From: Ramazzottius varieornatus
Lineage: Eukaryota; Animalia; Tardigrada
Assembly (NCBI GenBank): GCA_001949185.1
Contig: BDGG01000003.1
Location: 4,250,174-4,314,173, forward strand
Direction of reading: 5' to 3'
DNA: 64,000 nucleotides
Below, piece by piece: positions 28,401 to 40,880 of the stretch. The stretch's first letter is position 1; every line of letters starts with the position of its first letter. The notes under the pieces were generated by a model. That model was given only the letters and a program-made list of their open reading frames with translations, made no database searches and had not been told where the DNA came from. The translations under genes were made by a program, and so were the position numbers.

Positions 28401-31400
28401 AAGAGCTCATCGGTGGCGTGCCAGTTAAAACCGGTGGTGTCGGTGGTGAGAGGAGCCCTCACCTAGAGTTTTCTTCCTGCTAGCGCGCTTTTGCAGTGTA
28501 TTGACTCGTAGTGTGCGCCGCTTGGAAATAACTTTCCCAAATTTGCCATAGTGGCGCATATACCCGGAGCCAAAAGCTGGAAGAGTGCGCCACGTGGAAA
28601 AACGTTCTCGACGACCTTGTTTGCCTGGGTCCTTATGTGCCTTCGAAAGAGGCATGATTGAACTTACCCTTGCCACCATTGTACAGCTACTGGTTCTGGG
28701 TACCCCACTCCAGTACAAGGTAAGATAGCCGACTGTCCTGTAGGTACGCTTGTGATCGTACTGAACGAAGCAATGCGAGCTGGACCAGTTGACGTGGGCG
28801 TGACTTTTACACGAAAACTGGGTGCACTTTCACCAACATCGGTCTCTGCCGTCACCCAGACTTCATACTCGGTGTCCGTCATTAAGCCAGCGAACTCAAA
28901 CTTGTTCACGTAAACCATCCGCTTCTTTTCTTTATGGCCACCCACAGGCCGCATGTAGACGTTGTAGTTCTTGATGATGCCATTCTTCTCTTTCGGTTCA
29001 GTCCAGCTGACCAAAACGGAAGTCGGGGAGATGGACCAGGCCTTGATCTCGGCTGGATGTGACGGCACTATTTAAAAATCAAACAATCGAATATCAGCGG
29101 TGGTTGTACCAAAATTGAAAATAAAACTGGCACGTCGCCAAACGAATTCGTCCAGATTGTTTTCTGAAGTAGCGCACGATCTCACAACAGAAATGTGCGC
29201 CACTTCAGATAGCGATCTGGGTGAAATTGTTTTGACCTCATCTCAACTGGTGAAAAATGACTTTTGTTTAAAATATTAAATTTTGTTTAAAATATTACCG
29301 TCAGGAAACGTTTGGGCAAATACGGCAACGCTCGCCGGTCCTTCGCCTTTCTCGGTAAAGGCCAGCACTTGAATGGTATAATTGGTAAACTTCTTCAAGT
29401 CATCAATGACGCAGCTGCCATCTTGAACAGGCTTAACGATGGATTGGGAAGTCCAATCTGCAAAGACAAGCTCAATTCATTCCCGTAGTCCGTCGGACTC
29501 ATCGTTCATCTCTCAAAGACTGAACACCGACCATCGCGAGGCTTGTATAGGACTTTGTATCCCAGGAGGACGCCGTTGATCGACTCCGGCGGCAACTGCT
29601 CCCATGTTATCGATATCCGCTGGGGCGATTCCGGATTTGCAGCCACCAATCTCGGCGCATCACTCGGTACTATTGGGGTTCAAGAAAGGAAACCAGGGTT
29701 GCGGTAGTCAAGGGACACAAGCACTGAGAATTTATTTTTCGATTTCGTTCACATTTTTGTAAATCTATTTATTGTTTTCCTCTGGAATATTTTTCGCGTA
29801 TAATTACCGTCTTCTAGGGTCCATACGGTCGTTGGGTCCGTCTTAGGTCCACTTCCGATGGTATTGTACGCTTGAATGACCACGATATACGCGGTGTACT
29901 TCCGAAGGTCCATCAACGTCACACTCTCTTCCCGTTTCCCATCCGACTGGATCTTCTTGTAGACGAAATTCTCGCTCGAGTTCACGGCTTTATACTCAAT
30001 CACATAGCCCTGTATCGCGCCATTATGAGTCTCTGCTGGCGGTGGTTTCCAGGTCAAGTTGATGGTGGTGGACGTGGGCGACGTGAGTCTGACGTCCTGT
30101 GGGACCCCTGATGGCCTTTCTTCGTCAGTCACAATCTGGACGACCTGGCTAGGCTCGCTCTGACCAAGCGCATTCTCGGCCCGGACACGGATATCATAAC
30201 GAGTGGCTGGATGCAGATTGTTCAGCGTGTATCTGGTACTGTTCCCTGGGGCGTGCTCACGTTTCATTCCATCATGTGTCCATAAGTCCGTTTGACGTTT
30301 CCATTCTAGGATGAAGTTGATGACGGGACTGTTGCCGTCATAGCCGGCTGACCACTCCAACTGAGCCATGCGGCTGTTGATGGCTGCCATATTCACTCCT
30401 GATGGCTTCTCAGCCACTTCTTGAACCAGTAGCTCGACCTTCCTAGTCCTCGATCCGAATTCGTTACTCTTTAATCACAGCACCAAGTTTAGAGAACCCC
30501 GTCGTGAATGGCAGCTCGGCGAAGAAACTCGATCGGAGCGTTTTACCAAGTGGCGCACGCTTTCGGCCAAAATCATCGGTAACGTGCGCCACTTCGCAAA
30601 ACGATCGACCCGAGTTTATTTGCCAAGTTCTCCAGTTTTCTCTTCAGGTTCATACATACCGCTTTACATGAGTATACACCCGAGTCACTTCGTTGAGATC
30701 GCGATATTCTGACTGTGGACTTCCAGCTTTCAGTAAGGTTCTGCACATGGATATTCAAGCGATCGTAGGCCCCCTCTTTCAATGACTTCCCTTTGTAAAA
30801 CCAGTGGACTGTTATATTGGGTTCTCCATAGGCCTGGCATTCTAGAGCGGCGCCACTTCCTAAGGTGACCGTCACTGTTTCTTGTTCTTGAAGGAAGTAT
30901 GCTGGCGCTACGGAACAGAAACCATGTCAGTCACACCTCAAAATAGATTCTTGGCACACAAACTCAGCCAGGTAATTTTAACTGGTGACGCACGCTTTCA
31001 TCCATTAATACTGCACACGTGCGTCACTTGGGAAAACGATCTGGTCGAATTTGTTTATCAAGTTTCCAATTCTTCTTTGGATATCGTTTGATTGTCGTAC
31101 CTTTGACGGTCAGGTGGACAATTTTGCTGATAATTGGACCAATACCGTTGAAAGCTTGGCATAAATAGCGACCTGTGGAAGAAAAATCAATATTGGGGTT
31201 ATGTAAGGTTATGATTGGGATATCATGAAGGTTCGATCAGTACCTTCGTCACTTCGTTGGACGTCTCGCATGACCAAGGTGCCATTTTCGAAGAGGTGAG
31301 ATCTGTCATTTGCCACAGGTGCGTAATTCTCAGGAGACACGCCTGGGACGGCCCTCAGCCACTCGACAACAGGTTTCGGGTTGCCGTTTGCTTGGCAAGT

Positions 31401-34400
31401 CATATTTAAATTTGCATTCTGAAGAGCAAACGCTTTGCTGCTCGGTTCGTGTACCCAGTGGACTGGAACTGAAAAGGGTCAAAATATTATTTACTGAAAC
31501 TGCCCGCTTTTCTCTTATTGATGGAATAATTTACCATTGACAACGAGCTTGGCGGTTTTGGCATCTTGAGCAGCTTCGGCATCTCGATTTCTGGCCGCGC
31601 AAGTATAGTTGCCGCTATGCCGGACATTGAGGCTGGAGATGGACAGGAAGCTGGCGAACTCGTCGATGTTGGTCAAGGAAATGTCCAGCAGCGCCGCCGA
31701 TGCCGTCGTTAAACGCTGATTGTCTTTGTACCATTCAATTGTAATTGGAGGATCGCCCTTGCTGACTACACAGGAAACGCGGACACGGGCCAGCGGTCTA
31801 AAAGGAAGAAAGCACTTGATGAGAACAGAAGGATTCACTGTGTGTGACTGAGTACAGGCATAATGATTTCGCCTATTGTTTATTGTGTCTAGTGAACTTA
31901 CGAAAGGTCGGACGGAAACGCTAATGGTTCAATACGAGGCGGCTGAATGATATCGAGATGATAGTCGAGCATGGGACCCGAGTATAGCCCAACATCCAAG
32001 GCCTTATCGACGTTCTTTATGAGCAGAGTGCCGTTGTTGGCGAAGATGCTCTGGCGGTGGTTGGCCGGAAGTACTTGGTTTTCTGCCGGAAAGAGCATTG
32101 TTAATTTATTCATGCAATAGGCAAAGAAGTCTCTTGGTGGGTACCAAGTGGTCTCGCAAGGAAAGAAGGATCATAGTTACCGCGACGCCACTCGGACTTG
32201 CCACTCTTCCATGCTGCCTTTCCCGCGGGCAAGTAAACGGACTGCTCGGCTATGGCAGTCACGTTCAGCAGCTGTCTTGAAGATGGCTGCTGTACTCCAT
32301 GGCCTTCTATCGTTGTAAGATAGCGTGATGGCCAGCTGTTCGTCGAAGATGTCACTTTTGATCCTGCAAGAAGAAAGAATCTTGTTGTCACAAATCACAA
32401 AATACCGCGCCGAAAAAAAAGCACCGCCCCGAAAAATATCAGAAAAGCCTCTTGCGAGCTCTCGGGAACGAACTTGGCGAATACCTCACGAACCTGCATA
32501 CATAGTCCCCATTTAACAGGCGAACACATGAGAATGTAGGTTTGTGACAGACAGGAACTTGTGTTTCTTTACACAGAAACCGCCGCACATTTCCGCATGG
32601 ACTTTTCTGGATGTCTTTCAATAGCCACCATTATATTCATTTTGGTCAATGACGGCTTGGTTTCGGATCATCACCTGGTGCGCCGCGTGGCGCTCCAGAC
32701 GTCGACACGCCTGGTAAAGTGTCAACAGAGGAAATGGCCATGCCGGCTATTGTTTTAAGTGCTCCCCTAGTGGAATATCAAACAACCATGCAGATTAAGA
32801 GTCTTCCACTCGACTGTACTTGCATAGAATTGATCAACGGACTTTGCATTTTTGCCATTGAACCGTTAGCTCAAATATCCCCATTGTAAGTGGAACCCCA
32901 ATTGCAATCTCAACGTCCCCGATGCAAACTCTTTCGTCCAGTGTGAAATTCCCAATGGAGGCTAATTACTGTCAGCGACATCCAGCAATTAGTTTCGAGG
33001 TTAATGCCTTCGACACTTTATCAAGGCGAGATGAATGTATGAACGATTAATTACCCCCCGTTCATACATCAGATGCAGATTAACTACTGTGATAAAATGG
33101 TTCCCACTTTGTGCCCGAATATTTTCCTAGCCAACGCAGCAAATGTTTCATGCGGCGCGGTGTATCAGTTTTCTCCTCCTGAAGATGACAATCTGGTTGC
33201 CCAGAATTTGAGCAGGTTTCTTTGATAGGTTAAACCTCCTCAGGAAAACATCAAACGCCACACCTCCTCAAGGATAAAAAAAACAAAACAAAGATGAGAG
33301 CTCGGCTAATGAAAGGGACAAGATCGCTTCCCCAAGTGGCGCACTTCCATTCAACAACTAGAACACGTGCGATGTGAGATAGCAAGCTGGTTGAATTTAT
33401 TTTCCGACGTTCCACTTCCTTCCGGAAATATCGTGAGAATTTGGGAGTCATCAAGACGTTACAGGAGCTATTGAGAAACCCTCCCGGAATATTTGTCTAT
33501 AATTATTTCCGTAACACAGGCCACATTTGTCTTTATCGCGAATTTCCTTTCTCAATTTTAAGGTTCAGCTGGCAGGAAATGCCCTTATTTGCACCGGTAT
33601 ATACGGAAGTCCTTTCAGTTCTCGCGAATAAACGAGAACAAACTGACCGTTTCATATCGAGATGCATCGGACAATGGTCGGACTTGAACAGGGAATTTTG
33701 AACTAGACCGACACGGAAGAAAGAGCTGGAAAGTAACAACGAGTGTGGGCAAACAATTTGATCAAAGGACTTGACTTTTGACACGGCGTTGGATATGCCG
33801 TCGATGACACAGGTCGACCTGTCTGTCACGACCAGCAGATGGTCATATTTCGCCACATAACTAAATTCAATACACATTATCCATTTCCCAATTCTCAGAG
33901 AATATACAACACATCCATCTATATCTTCCTCTGCGGTAGATCGAAGCTGGGGTGCACTTTCGGGCTCTGCTGTAAAAGCAACATTTGCATAAGCTTTTGT
34001 TTCATCATAACATATCGAGCGGAATGCGGGAGACCGGGAAAAAACGTCCACCCACTTACACACTCCTCGGCATGCACAGAGTACGATGCGCGAGTATGCA
34101 GGTTCACGAAACCTCCCATTTCGTATGTCGTCATATTGTCCCGTCAGCGAATGTTACGCTATGAAATGCGGGTTGCATATTTGTCCAAAGAAAAGGGTTT
34201 GGATTGTTATTTCAATGTAATGTGGACAGATATTGTGTAACAGCACGTCAGGCCGCCACCATTAGAATTAAAAGGCCCATTGGTCACTTTGTAGTGCTTT
34301 GTGAAAGGGAGAGGAACAACGTTGGCCTTAATGGACGTCCTGCTGATTTACTCACTGTAAAATTCTTGTTTGCCTACCAAATAGGGAGGAAATGGAAAGA

Positions 34401-37400
34401 TAGGCCAGTCGAGATCACTGGCGAACCCCTAGGGCCGAATTGTCCTGCTTCCAACTACATCCCGGCAAAATATATCGATTGCTAGTTGGTCAATGGCGAT
34501 TTGTATGTTTACCGGCTAAGATAATAATCAAATTAAGTCCATTCGCAATTTTGCACTGCAAGAGAACGCCAAGAATGTTTGTCTCCATATCTCTCAAATG
34601 AGCGTCCACTTCGACATGTCGTGTAAATTTCAGTCGCAGCTGCCACCCGACTTCTAGACAATCGCTCTCAAGGTCCATCCATTACAGTAATTTTGTTTTC
34701 ACACGATATATTAATTGAGACTGTCTCTAGATCACTCTCAAAATATTCGTCGAGCAAGTCAGGATGGGGAGTGCATTGCGGACAATGGAAGAAAGGACGT
34801 TCGCAAGTTGAAGTGGAGAACCATTAGCGGGGACCTTCTTGATCGATCTGACAGACTTCAGAGCATGTCATAATCGTAGATCAATCTATGGGAGCTTGGT
34901 TGTTTTTGAGCTGTTTGAGGTCGTGAACCATTACAAATCTGTTGTGTCCAAAGGGATCTGTCAAGTGGCTTCTCCCACGGTCATTTAGTTTGACCATCCG
35001 GTCAGCAAGCCACACGCGCAATGCCGCCTGATCATTGAAACCCTCACTTTGCCTTTCCGCACCTTAATAATACTCCATTAAATCCATATTTCGCCACTCG
35101 TCACCACACGTGCAAGCCAAAACAGGCTGGGTGGCAATTAATAATGCAGGCCAGAATCCGATAATCGTAATTGATGTTGGATAAGGTGGAGGGAACGTCA
35201 CGTCGAAGCCTAACGGCGAGTCGGCCATGTCGAGGGAGTCAGTCACTCATACACTGTGCCTGTATGACGTCATCGCGGTAAGCAAAAATCAGGGATGACC
35301 AACTTAGCAGCCATGCCCAACTCGTCTCTGTCTCCTTTATATAAAGCAGAGCCAAGCTGGTCACTCTAAAATTCCTACGGGCTACTTCAAAAGCACCCCG
35401 ATGCCTCTTTCGGACCTTCCCTCATTTCTCTTCCTTCACCCTCATGATTTCAATGGACGTTCACTCATGCGAACCGGACATTCTCCTTACAATATCTCTT
35501 CTTCAAACGACTCAAAGGACCCTTCTGTCAGCCGCACAACGCGCTTCAGTAGTGTCCATTCATTCAAGCAGAAGAATGGACCAAGTTGCTTTTCCACCGA
35601 TCATCAGCAGCCGTTGCGCCATCGCCCTCCGCTGAGACTCGCCTTCTCTTCTGCCGTCAAAATATATTCTTCCAATATCCGCAACACTTTTCGCACTAGA
35701 AACACAAACAACAACACCCATCAATGACGCGCACTGCTGCGCAACAGCCACACCAAAGTCTTCGCCTTTCTATCCCAGCGCCTCAAATAATAACAGCTTG
35801 AATACACCGCCAACCATAACACCATAAGCTCCGTTACGCATTTCCACATTGCACATTAATTTTGGGGAAAAAACCGTATATCGTTTCTTTCTAATGTTCT
35901 GCAAAGACTTTGGGGAGCCAGGAGCTGAAGGAATAGCGCAGTCACAGCAATCTGGGTCAATGAAATCTGGCTCGTCGGCAGATAATCGTACACTTTGTAA
36001 AATTAGCACCTCGTTACTAAGTCAAATCGATATGCAACTGTGCTTTGTCTAGGGAAGAAAAAGCCGTCGGAAGGCAATGGACTTGGAGTGAAGCGTGCCC
36101 GTGTGAGCACCATAGTTGCGTGTGGAGGATTTTGTCGGTGGCAAATGTCCGGTTGGGACAAGTGAGAAAGGCTTCGTGAATGCACTCATTTATATTGTAC
36201 ATGTTCAAAAAGATGCCGGTATGGAAAACCTGTCACATCTCACCGAAATGTAGGACAACGTGTTTCCTTAAACACAAAATGGAAGCAACTTAAGTATATC
36301 GGGCGCATAAAGAGCATCGTCCCACTGGTTGTCTGACAAGTTCACTTAGGAAAATCATTTGCTAGTCAGCACGGCCAACGTTTACACAAGCGGAAGAATT
36401 TGCTTCTTTTCTTGTTTGCCGTGTTTGCTCAAGGTAAAAGGCAAGTCAATCAAGCAGAAGCCCCCCTCTTCCACAAGACTTCAACTACTTCAACGTCCAC
36501 TGATGTAATCGAGCAAAGAAACCACATGTAACATCTGAGACGTTCTCAAGGAGGAGCTGGAAAACCTTGTGCAAGTTTACCGCGGGGCGTTATATGACGC
36601 TTCATATCGCTCAATTAATTCCTGTTCGTCGCCATAAACTATAAATTTGCCGCAACATGCTTTCTAAATTTTCTCGATTCCCAAAACTTCTTGGGGACTA
36701 CGTAGAAGCTGGTCAAACGAACGTACAGTATCGTTATCGGAAGTGGCGCACATTCCCATTAATGCCACTAACTGGAAGGGTCGCTGCTCTGAAAAATAGT
36801 CTGGTTTAAATCATGTTAGGCCGTCTCAAAATTGTAAGACTGTTCCAGGTTTCAAAAATTGAAAGGAATGCGTGGGAGGTTGATGAGCTGGGCGTAGAGT
36901 CAGGATTCGTGCTTCCGGCTACATCGAAGGGTGTGACGTCATCGCGGACTTTTACGCCGCGTTACTTCCGGTTGACTTAATTAGCTAAGTGGAGACAACA
37001 AGTCACAGTTCCGCGCGGCAATCGATACCACTAAGTTTGTCTGTTTTTCTTTCTTCCACCCGAAATCAGTGGAGCAAGCCCAAATAACTTTTTTATCAGG
37101 GGGACTCCAGAGGAATCAAATTTTAATTGACAAAGAGTTATACTAGCTTTCACACATGCGGAATGGAAAGAAGATCCGCAGTAAGCGCTCGTTGTCCTTT
37201 CCGCCACCATCATCCCTCGCCGTTACTTTGTGTGGGACTGCATGCCGATTCTCGGTGGACCAACATAGTCAATTCCCCATATAACACAGTCCCGTCACGG
37301 AGATTAGCCCACACAGAAAGAAAAAACAATTTACAGCTGATTGCCGCAATGGAGTGCGACCATCACGTTTGCATTGCAGTGAGATTTGTGGAGTAAATTG

Positions 37401-40009
37401 TAATGTGATTACTTAGAAATTTATTGCGCTGACCCAGTTTTTTCTCTTCTTGTTGGCCTTCTCCACCCACCCTTCCAGTTATCGCCCGACAGGCATCCTT
37501 CTAATTGAAAATAACATTTTTGTCTGGTTGTTTGAACTCTGCCACTACACGATTAATAGTTTTATGGCCATGTAATGAGCGATCAGGCAAGTATGAGCTC
37601 TCCAACGTCATTCCGCCAGAAACAGCTGGGCGGAAACGATGCGGATAATGCTTCCACAGCAGATGCGTTCAAGACACCAAGTATGTAAGTCAACGAGGAA
37701 AAACTAACGCCAGGGTAATATACTACTTGATCATCACGCAGATGGCCAAAGCCGAAAAACAAATCCGGTGGACTTGCCTCCTCATAAATGTCACTTCCCT
37801 CGATATTCAAGTGCCTAATCTAAAATGAAGGAAAACAGATACCGCCAAAATTAATCCTGTTACATGTGGAATCACCTAACGCACTCCAAACTGTCCTGAG
37901 ACTCGTAATCATACCACCTGGACCTTCTGGAAAATTCCCACGATCTTTATCAAACCCTGTTTCTTTTCAAGAATATTCTGAAAATACTCAGACTTTGATT
38001 TCGACTTGTATCCTGTTTCTCCCGTTGTCGAAAAAAACCATTTCGAAGGAAATCGGTGACTTTTTTGTGATGAAAGTCTGGTTACGGTAGGTGATGAAGC
38101 GGCACTTGGCCGTCATGCGAAGAATCGTGCGAGAGTAAAAAAGTAAGCAAACAAATGAATGTTCAAGTGCTGGGCACGCAGCTCCACATGTGGCGGTGTT
38201 GCGCGACGAACGACGTGCGCGTCGACCATGTGGGAAACTTGCCACCTTACAAGTTTGCTTTACCGCTTATTTTTGCATGGCGGTAGGTCCTTCAACGCGT
38301 CAAAAAAAATTCAACACACACGTCGCTTCACACACCGCTCAAATTACAAAAAATATGTGCATAATGATTGTGACGCCTTTCACCACATTTTAATGATGCC
38401 GAAAAAGATCGTCGTTATACTCCCTGAGTATTTTCTTCCCATATTGGACACTTTAGAAAAAGCTTCTTCCGCCACTGTGATTTATGGCTGTTTTCTCGGA
38501 CAGTTGCTCCTGATTTGTGCGTATAGTTGTGGAAGCAAGACGAGCTTCCTTTCTGGAACGTTGACAAACGAACTCACCCAGACTGTTGTTCCAAGTGGCG
38601 CACGATTCTGGCCAATAACAGTGAAAAAGTGCGCCATTTGAAATGATGATCTGGGTGAAACCAAGCCAACGTTCCATTTAACGATGAGGAATGCTGGATA
38701 TTCATGTTCGTCGGGCATCGTGTTTTGCCACAGCACGTAGGCTGATGGTCGTTTTATCGGATCGCACAGAGATGGAACGCATAATGTGAGTGGACAGCCA
38801 AGGAGATCGGGTTGATCGTCAATGCCGCAGAGAACTACCGCAAACAAGAAACTGTCAAAACTACAGACGCTCTCTGCAGTGGTCATGTCTGATAAATGAC
38901 AAGGATTACATGGAAGCTACTGTCTCGGTGGCCCTGATCAGCCTGAAGTCGCCCTTTTCTCGCCTCCACCAACCCCTAAACAAAGACGGATGTTTTCTAT
39001 CGAAGTTTTCCCTTTCCTCTGCAATCCAATCTCCCTCCACTATAAAGAACCTATCCCAAACATGGGACGTGATGGGACGTGGGCAGATGACTTGAGCTAG
39101 ATCGTGATCGTAAGTGGCGCACGTATCCATTGTGATTGGCTGACCGTGTGCACCACTTGAAAAAAACGATGTGGTTCAGTTCATTCCCGATGATCGCCGA
39201 AGTCAGTTGCGGCGAAACCGAATCCGACAAATCAAACTCAATTAGCCACATCAACAATCTTTTCGAGCATCCACAGCAAAAGTCCGCGACAACCAAGTCC
39301 CTCAGTCAAATACGCTAAGAACACCAGACATTGATACAGGAAAAAACAATGCTTCGAAGTGGTCCGTTCTGAAGCGACCGACTGAGTAATTTGAGCGAGC
39401 TCTCTTCCCTGAGTATAGATTGGGAAGGAGCAGCTGAAGCGAGTCGCTTCAGGGAGGAAATTAAAAAATTTAGAAACAAGGAGCCATTGTATGATTGTAC
39501 GAGAGAATACAGTAACATGTCAGACGCCGGCAAATTGCCCGTGAAGAAAGAAAGTCTCTTCGTCAGCTGTCCAGCCTATCGGTATCCTCTTCGAAACATG
39601 CGACATAGTTATCCAACACACAAAAACTCGGAAACATACGGGCATTTGATCTTTTCGCCCTATTTCCCTTTACAACTTCGGGGTTTCCATCCATGATCCA
39701 TGCCGGCAATCAACCATGCGTGCTCCAATTAATTTTGATGGTCGATTCAAGTGACTGTGTTTACATTACACATTCAATAAAAAAGTCTTTCTTCTCTAGT
39801 TCGTGCTCAAGAGCTCGGAAGTTACGATATCTTTAGAAAGAGATCGATCATTCACCAGAGATAATTCATGGGCTTTTAATATCCCGATGATAACTTTGTA
39901 GTATTCACTCACCGAAAGCCGACGAGAACGATGCCGAAACGAAGAAGCCAATGAAGAGGGAGCATCCAAGGTGAAATTCCATTGCAGCTTTCCGTGTCTT
40001 CTTCGTCAT
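25409..40009 (-). CDS. DSCAM: Dscam-family receptor, N-terminally shortened: signal peptide, degenerate Ig6, Ig7-9, FN1-4, Ig10, FN5-6, TM, tail ending TTV
   Basis: Ig7 RVSCVVSKGDPPITIEWYKD...SGNYTCAARN; Ig8 CQANGNPKPVVEW; FN1 WSAGYDGNSPVINFILEWK; FN5 LKNLLCGHSY; FN6 AWKDGGCPI; TM at ~26680-26745. The signal-peptide exon 39913-40009 (MTKKTRKAAMEFHLGCSLFIGFFVSASFSSAF-G|gtgagt, phase 1) joins the acceptor at 32363 in frame. Non-coding exon candidate 40573-40630. The 5' join is inferred. Confidence 0.88.
25963..26140. repeat. palindrome family, dimer (Dscam intron)
   Basis: CAAGTGGCGCAC-N25-ATGCGCCGCTTG plus GGGGCGCAG..GTGCGCCACCTG. Confidence 0.85.
27833..28632. repeat. palindrome family, dimer interrupted by the MULE-type element
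   Basis: Left arm ATTTGGGAGCTCAGCAAACAGG (27833-27860); two cores and right arm CTTGTTTGCCTGGGTCC at 28473-28632. Confidence 0.8.
27870..28463. mobile_element. Non-autonomous Mutator-like (MULE-type) element, 594 bp, in a Dscam intron
   Basis: Exact 9-bp target duplication TAGAGTTTT (27861-27869 and 28464-28472). TIRs GGTGAGGGCTCCTCTCACCACCG... extend ~90-100 bp with CACCACC sub-repeats; internal (GGT)n at ~28317-28343. Confidence 0.88.
29139..29236. repeat. palindrome family (Dscam intron), short 17-nt spacer
   Basis: TCTGAAGTAGCGCAC-N17-GTGCGCCACTTCAGA. Confidence 0.85.
30512..30633. repeat. palindrome family (Dscam intron)
   Basis: AAACTCGATCG..CAAGTGGCGCAC-N25-GTGCGCCACTT..CGAGTTT. Confidence 0.92.
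30950..31066. repeat. palindrome family (Dscam intron)
   Basis: GTGACGCAC-N25-GTGCGTCAC, compensatory pair. Confidence 0.9.
33298..33410. repeat. palindrome family (Dscam long intron)
   Basis: CAAGATCGCTTCCCCAAGTGGCGCAC..GTGCGATG. Confidence 0.75.
36706..36815. repeat. palindrome family, degenerate right half
   Basis: CAAACGAACG..GAAGTGGCGCAC. Confidence 0.65.
38561..38672. repeat. palindrome family
   Basis: TCACCCAGA..CAAGTGGCGCAC-N25-GTGCGCCATTTG..TCTGGGTGA. Confidence 0.9.
39090..39190. repeat. palindrome family
   Basis: AAGTGGCGCAC..GTGCACCACTTG. Confidence 0.85.
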
Positions 40010-40796
40010 TCCTCGGCAGCTTTCAATTGTTCATACGACCATCTTATATCCAGTGCGGACGACGCAAACGAGTTCCTCGAGTAAATAACTGCTCAAAAAA
40101 TATTTCCGCTTTAAAAATCCTCAGCAACTCGTTTTCGGATAGTTAAGAGAGATTAGGCGGATCGGATTCGGGTCGGATCAAATGCAAACGCGAGGAGCTT
40201 TTGGCTGGCTTTACCGGTTGGAAAATGAACCCAGAAATGCGCCACGAGTGCGAGTATAGCTTCCTCGTTGCCTAAAGAGAGACTAATCTCTAGTCTAGCG
40301 ATGCCACTGGCGTCGCGCTGCCATCCCCAATGACTTTCCCATCTATCCAGCCCAACTTGATCACTACACAGCACAACTGGCTTGCCATCACGCTTTTACC
40401 TCCTTCCTCTCTGTGACGTACTACCGGGTATCCTGCTTCCTCCCAGTCTCTCATTGGCGGAGTTTTCGCCGCCCTTCCTTCGCGCCGGTATCTGCATGAC
40501 AGATGGTATGAAAGTGCCGCACTGGTCAAACTATACAGTAACCAGATGAATGGCATAACGCCCTTAACTTACCGTCACGCTTCAGCTCACGCCAGACCAA
40601 TAATTGAATTCACTTTCCAACAACCACCATCTGAAATGAATAAAATACAGAGAATTATTCTGACGCAACAAAAGCACCGACAAGTCAATCTACACTTGAC
40701 ACAATAACATAAATATAGTAAACGAAGAAAAAAGCCTTCGAATACATGAAACTATCTTCATAATAACTTGAGACGTCGCGGCATTTGATTTCACAT

Positions 40797-40880
40797 AGAT
40801 CGGTCTACGTAGTGGCGCACATTTTCATTGTTGTCTGCCGAGAGCGTGCGCCACTTGGTAAACGATCTGGACGAATTTAC
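40797..40880. repeat. palindrome family
   Basis: AGTGGCGCAC-N25-GTGCGCCACTTGG..CGATCTGG. Confidence 0.88.

Noticed and set aside
25861-32363. Intronic hairpins in Dscam as docking/selector sites for mutually exclusive splicing
   Set aside because: No duplicated alternative exons were found, and the same hairpins occur in unrelated genes.
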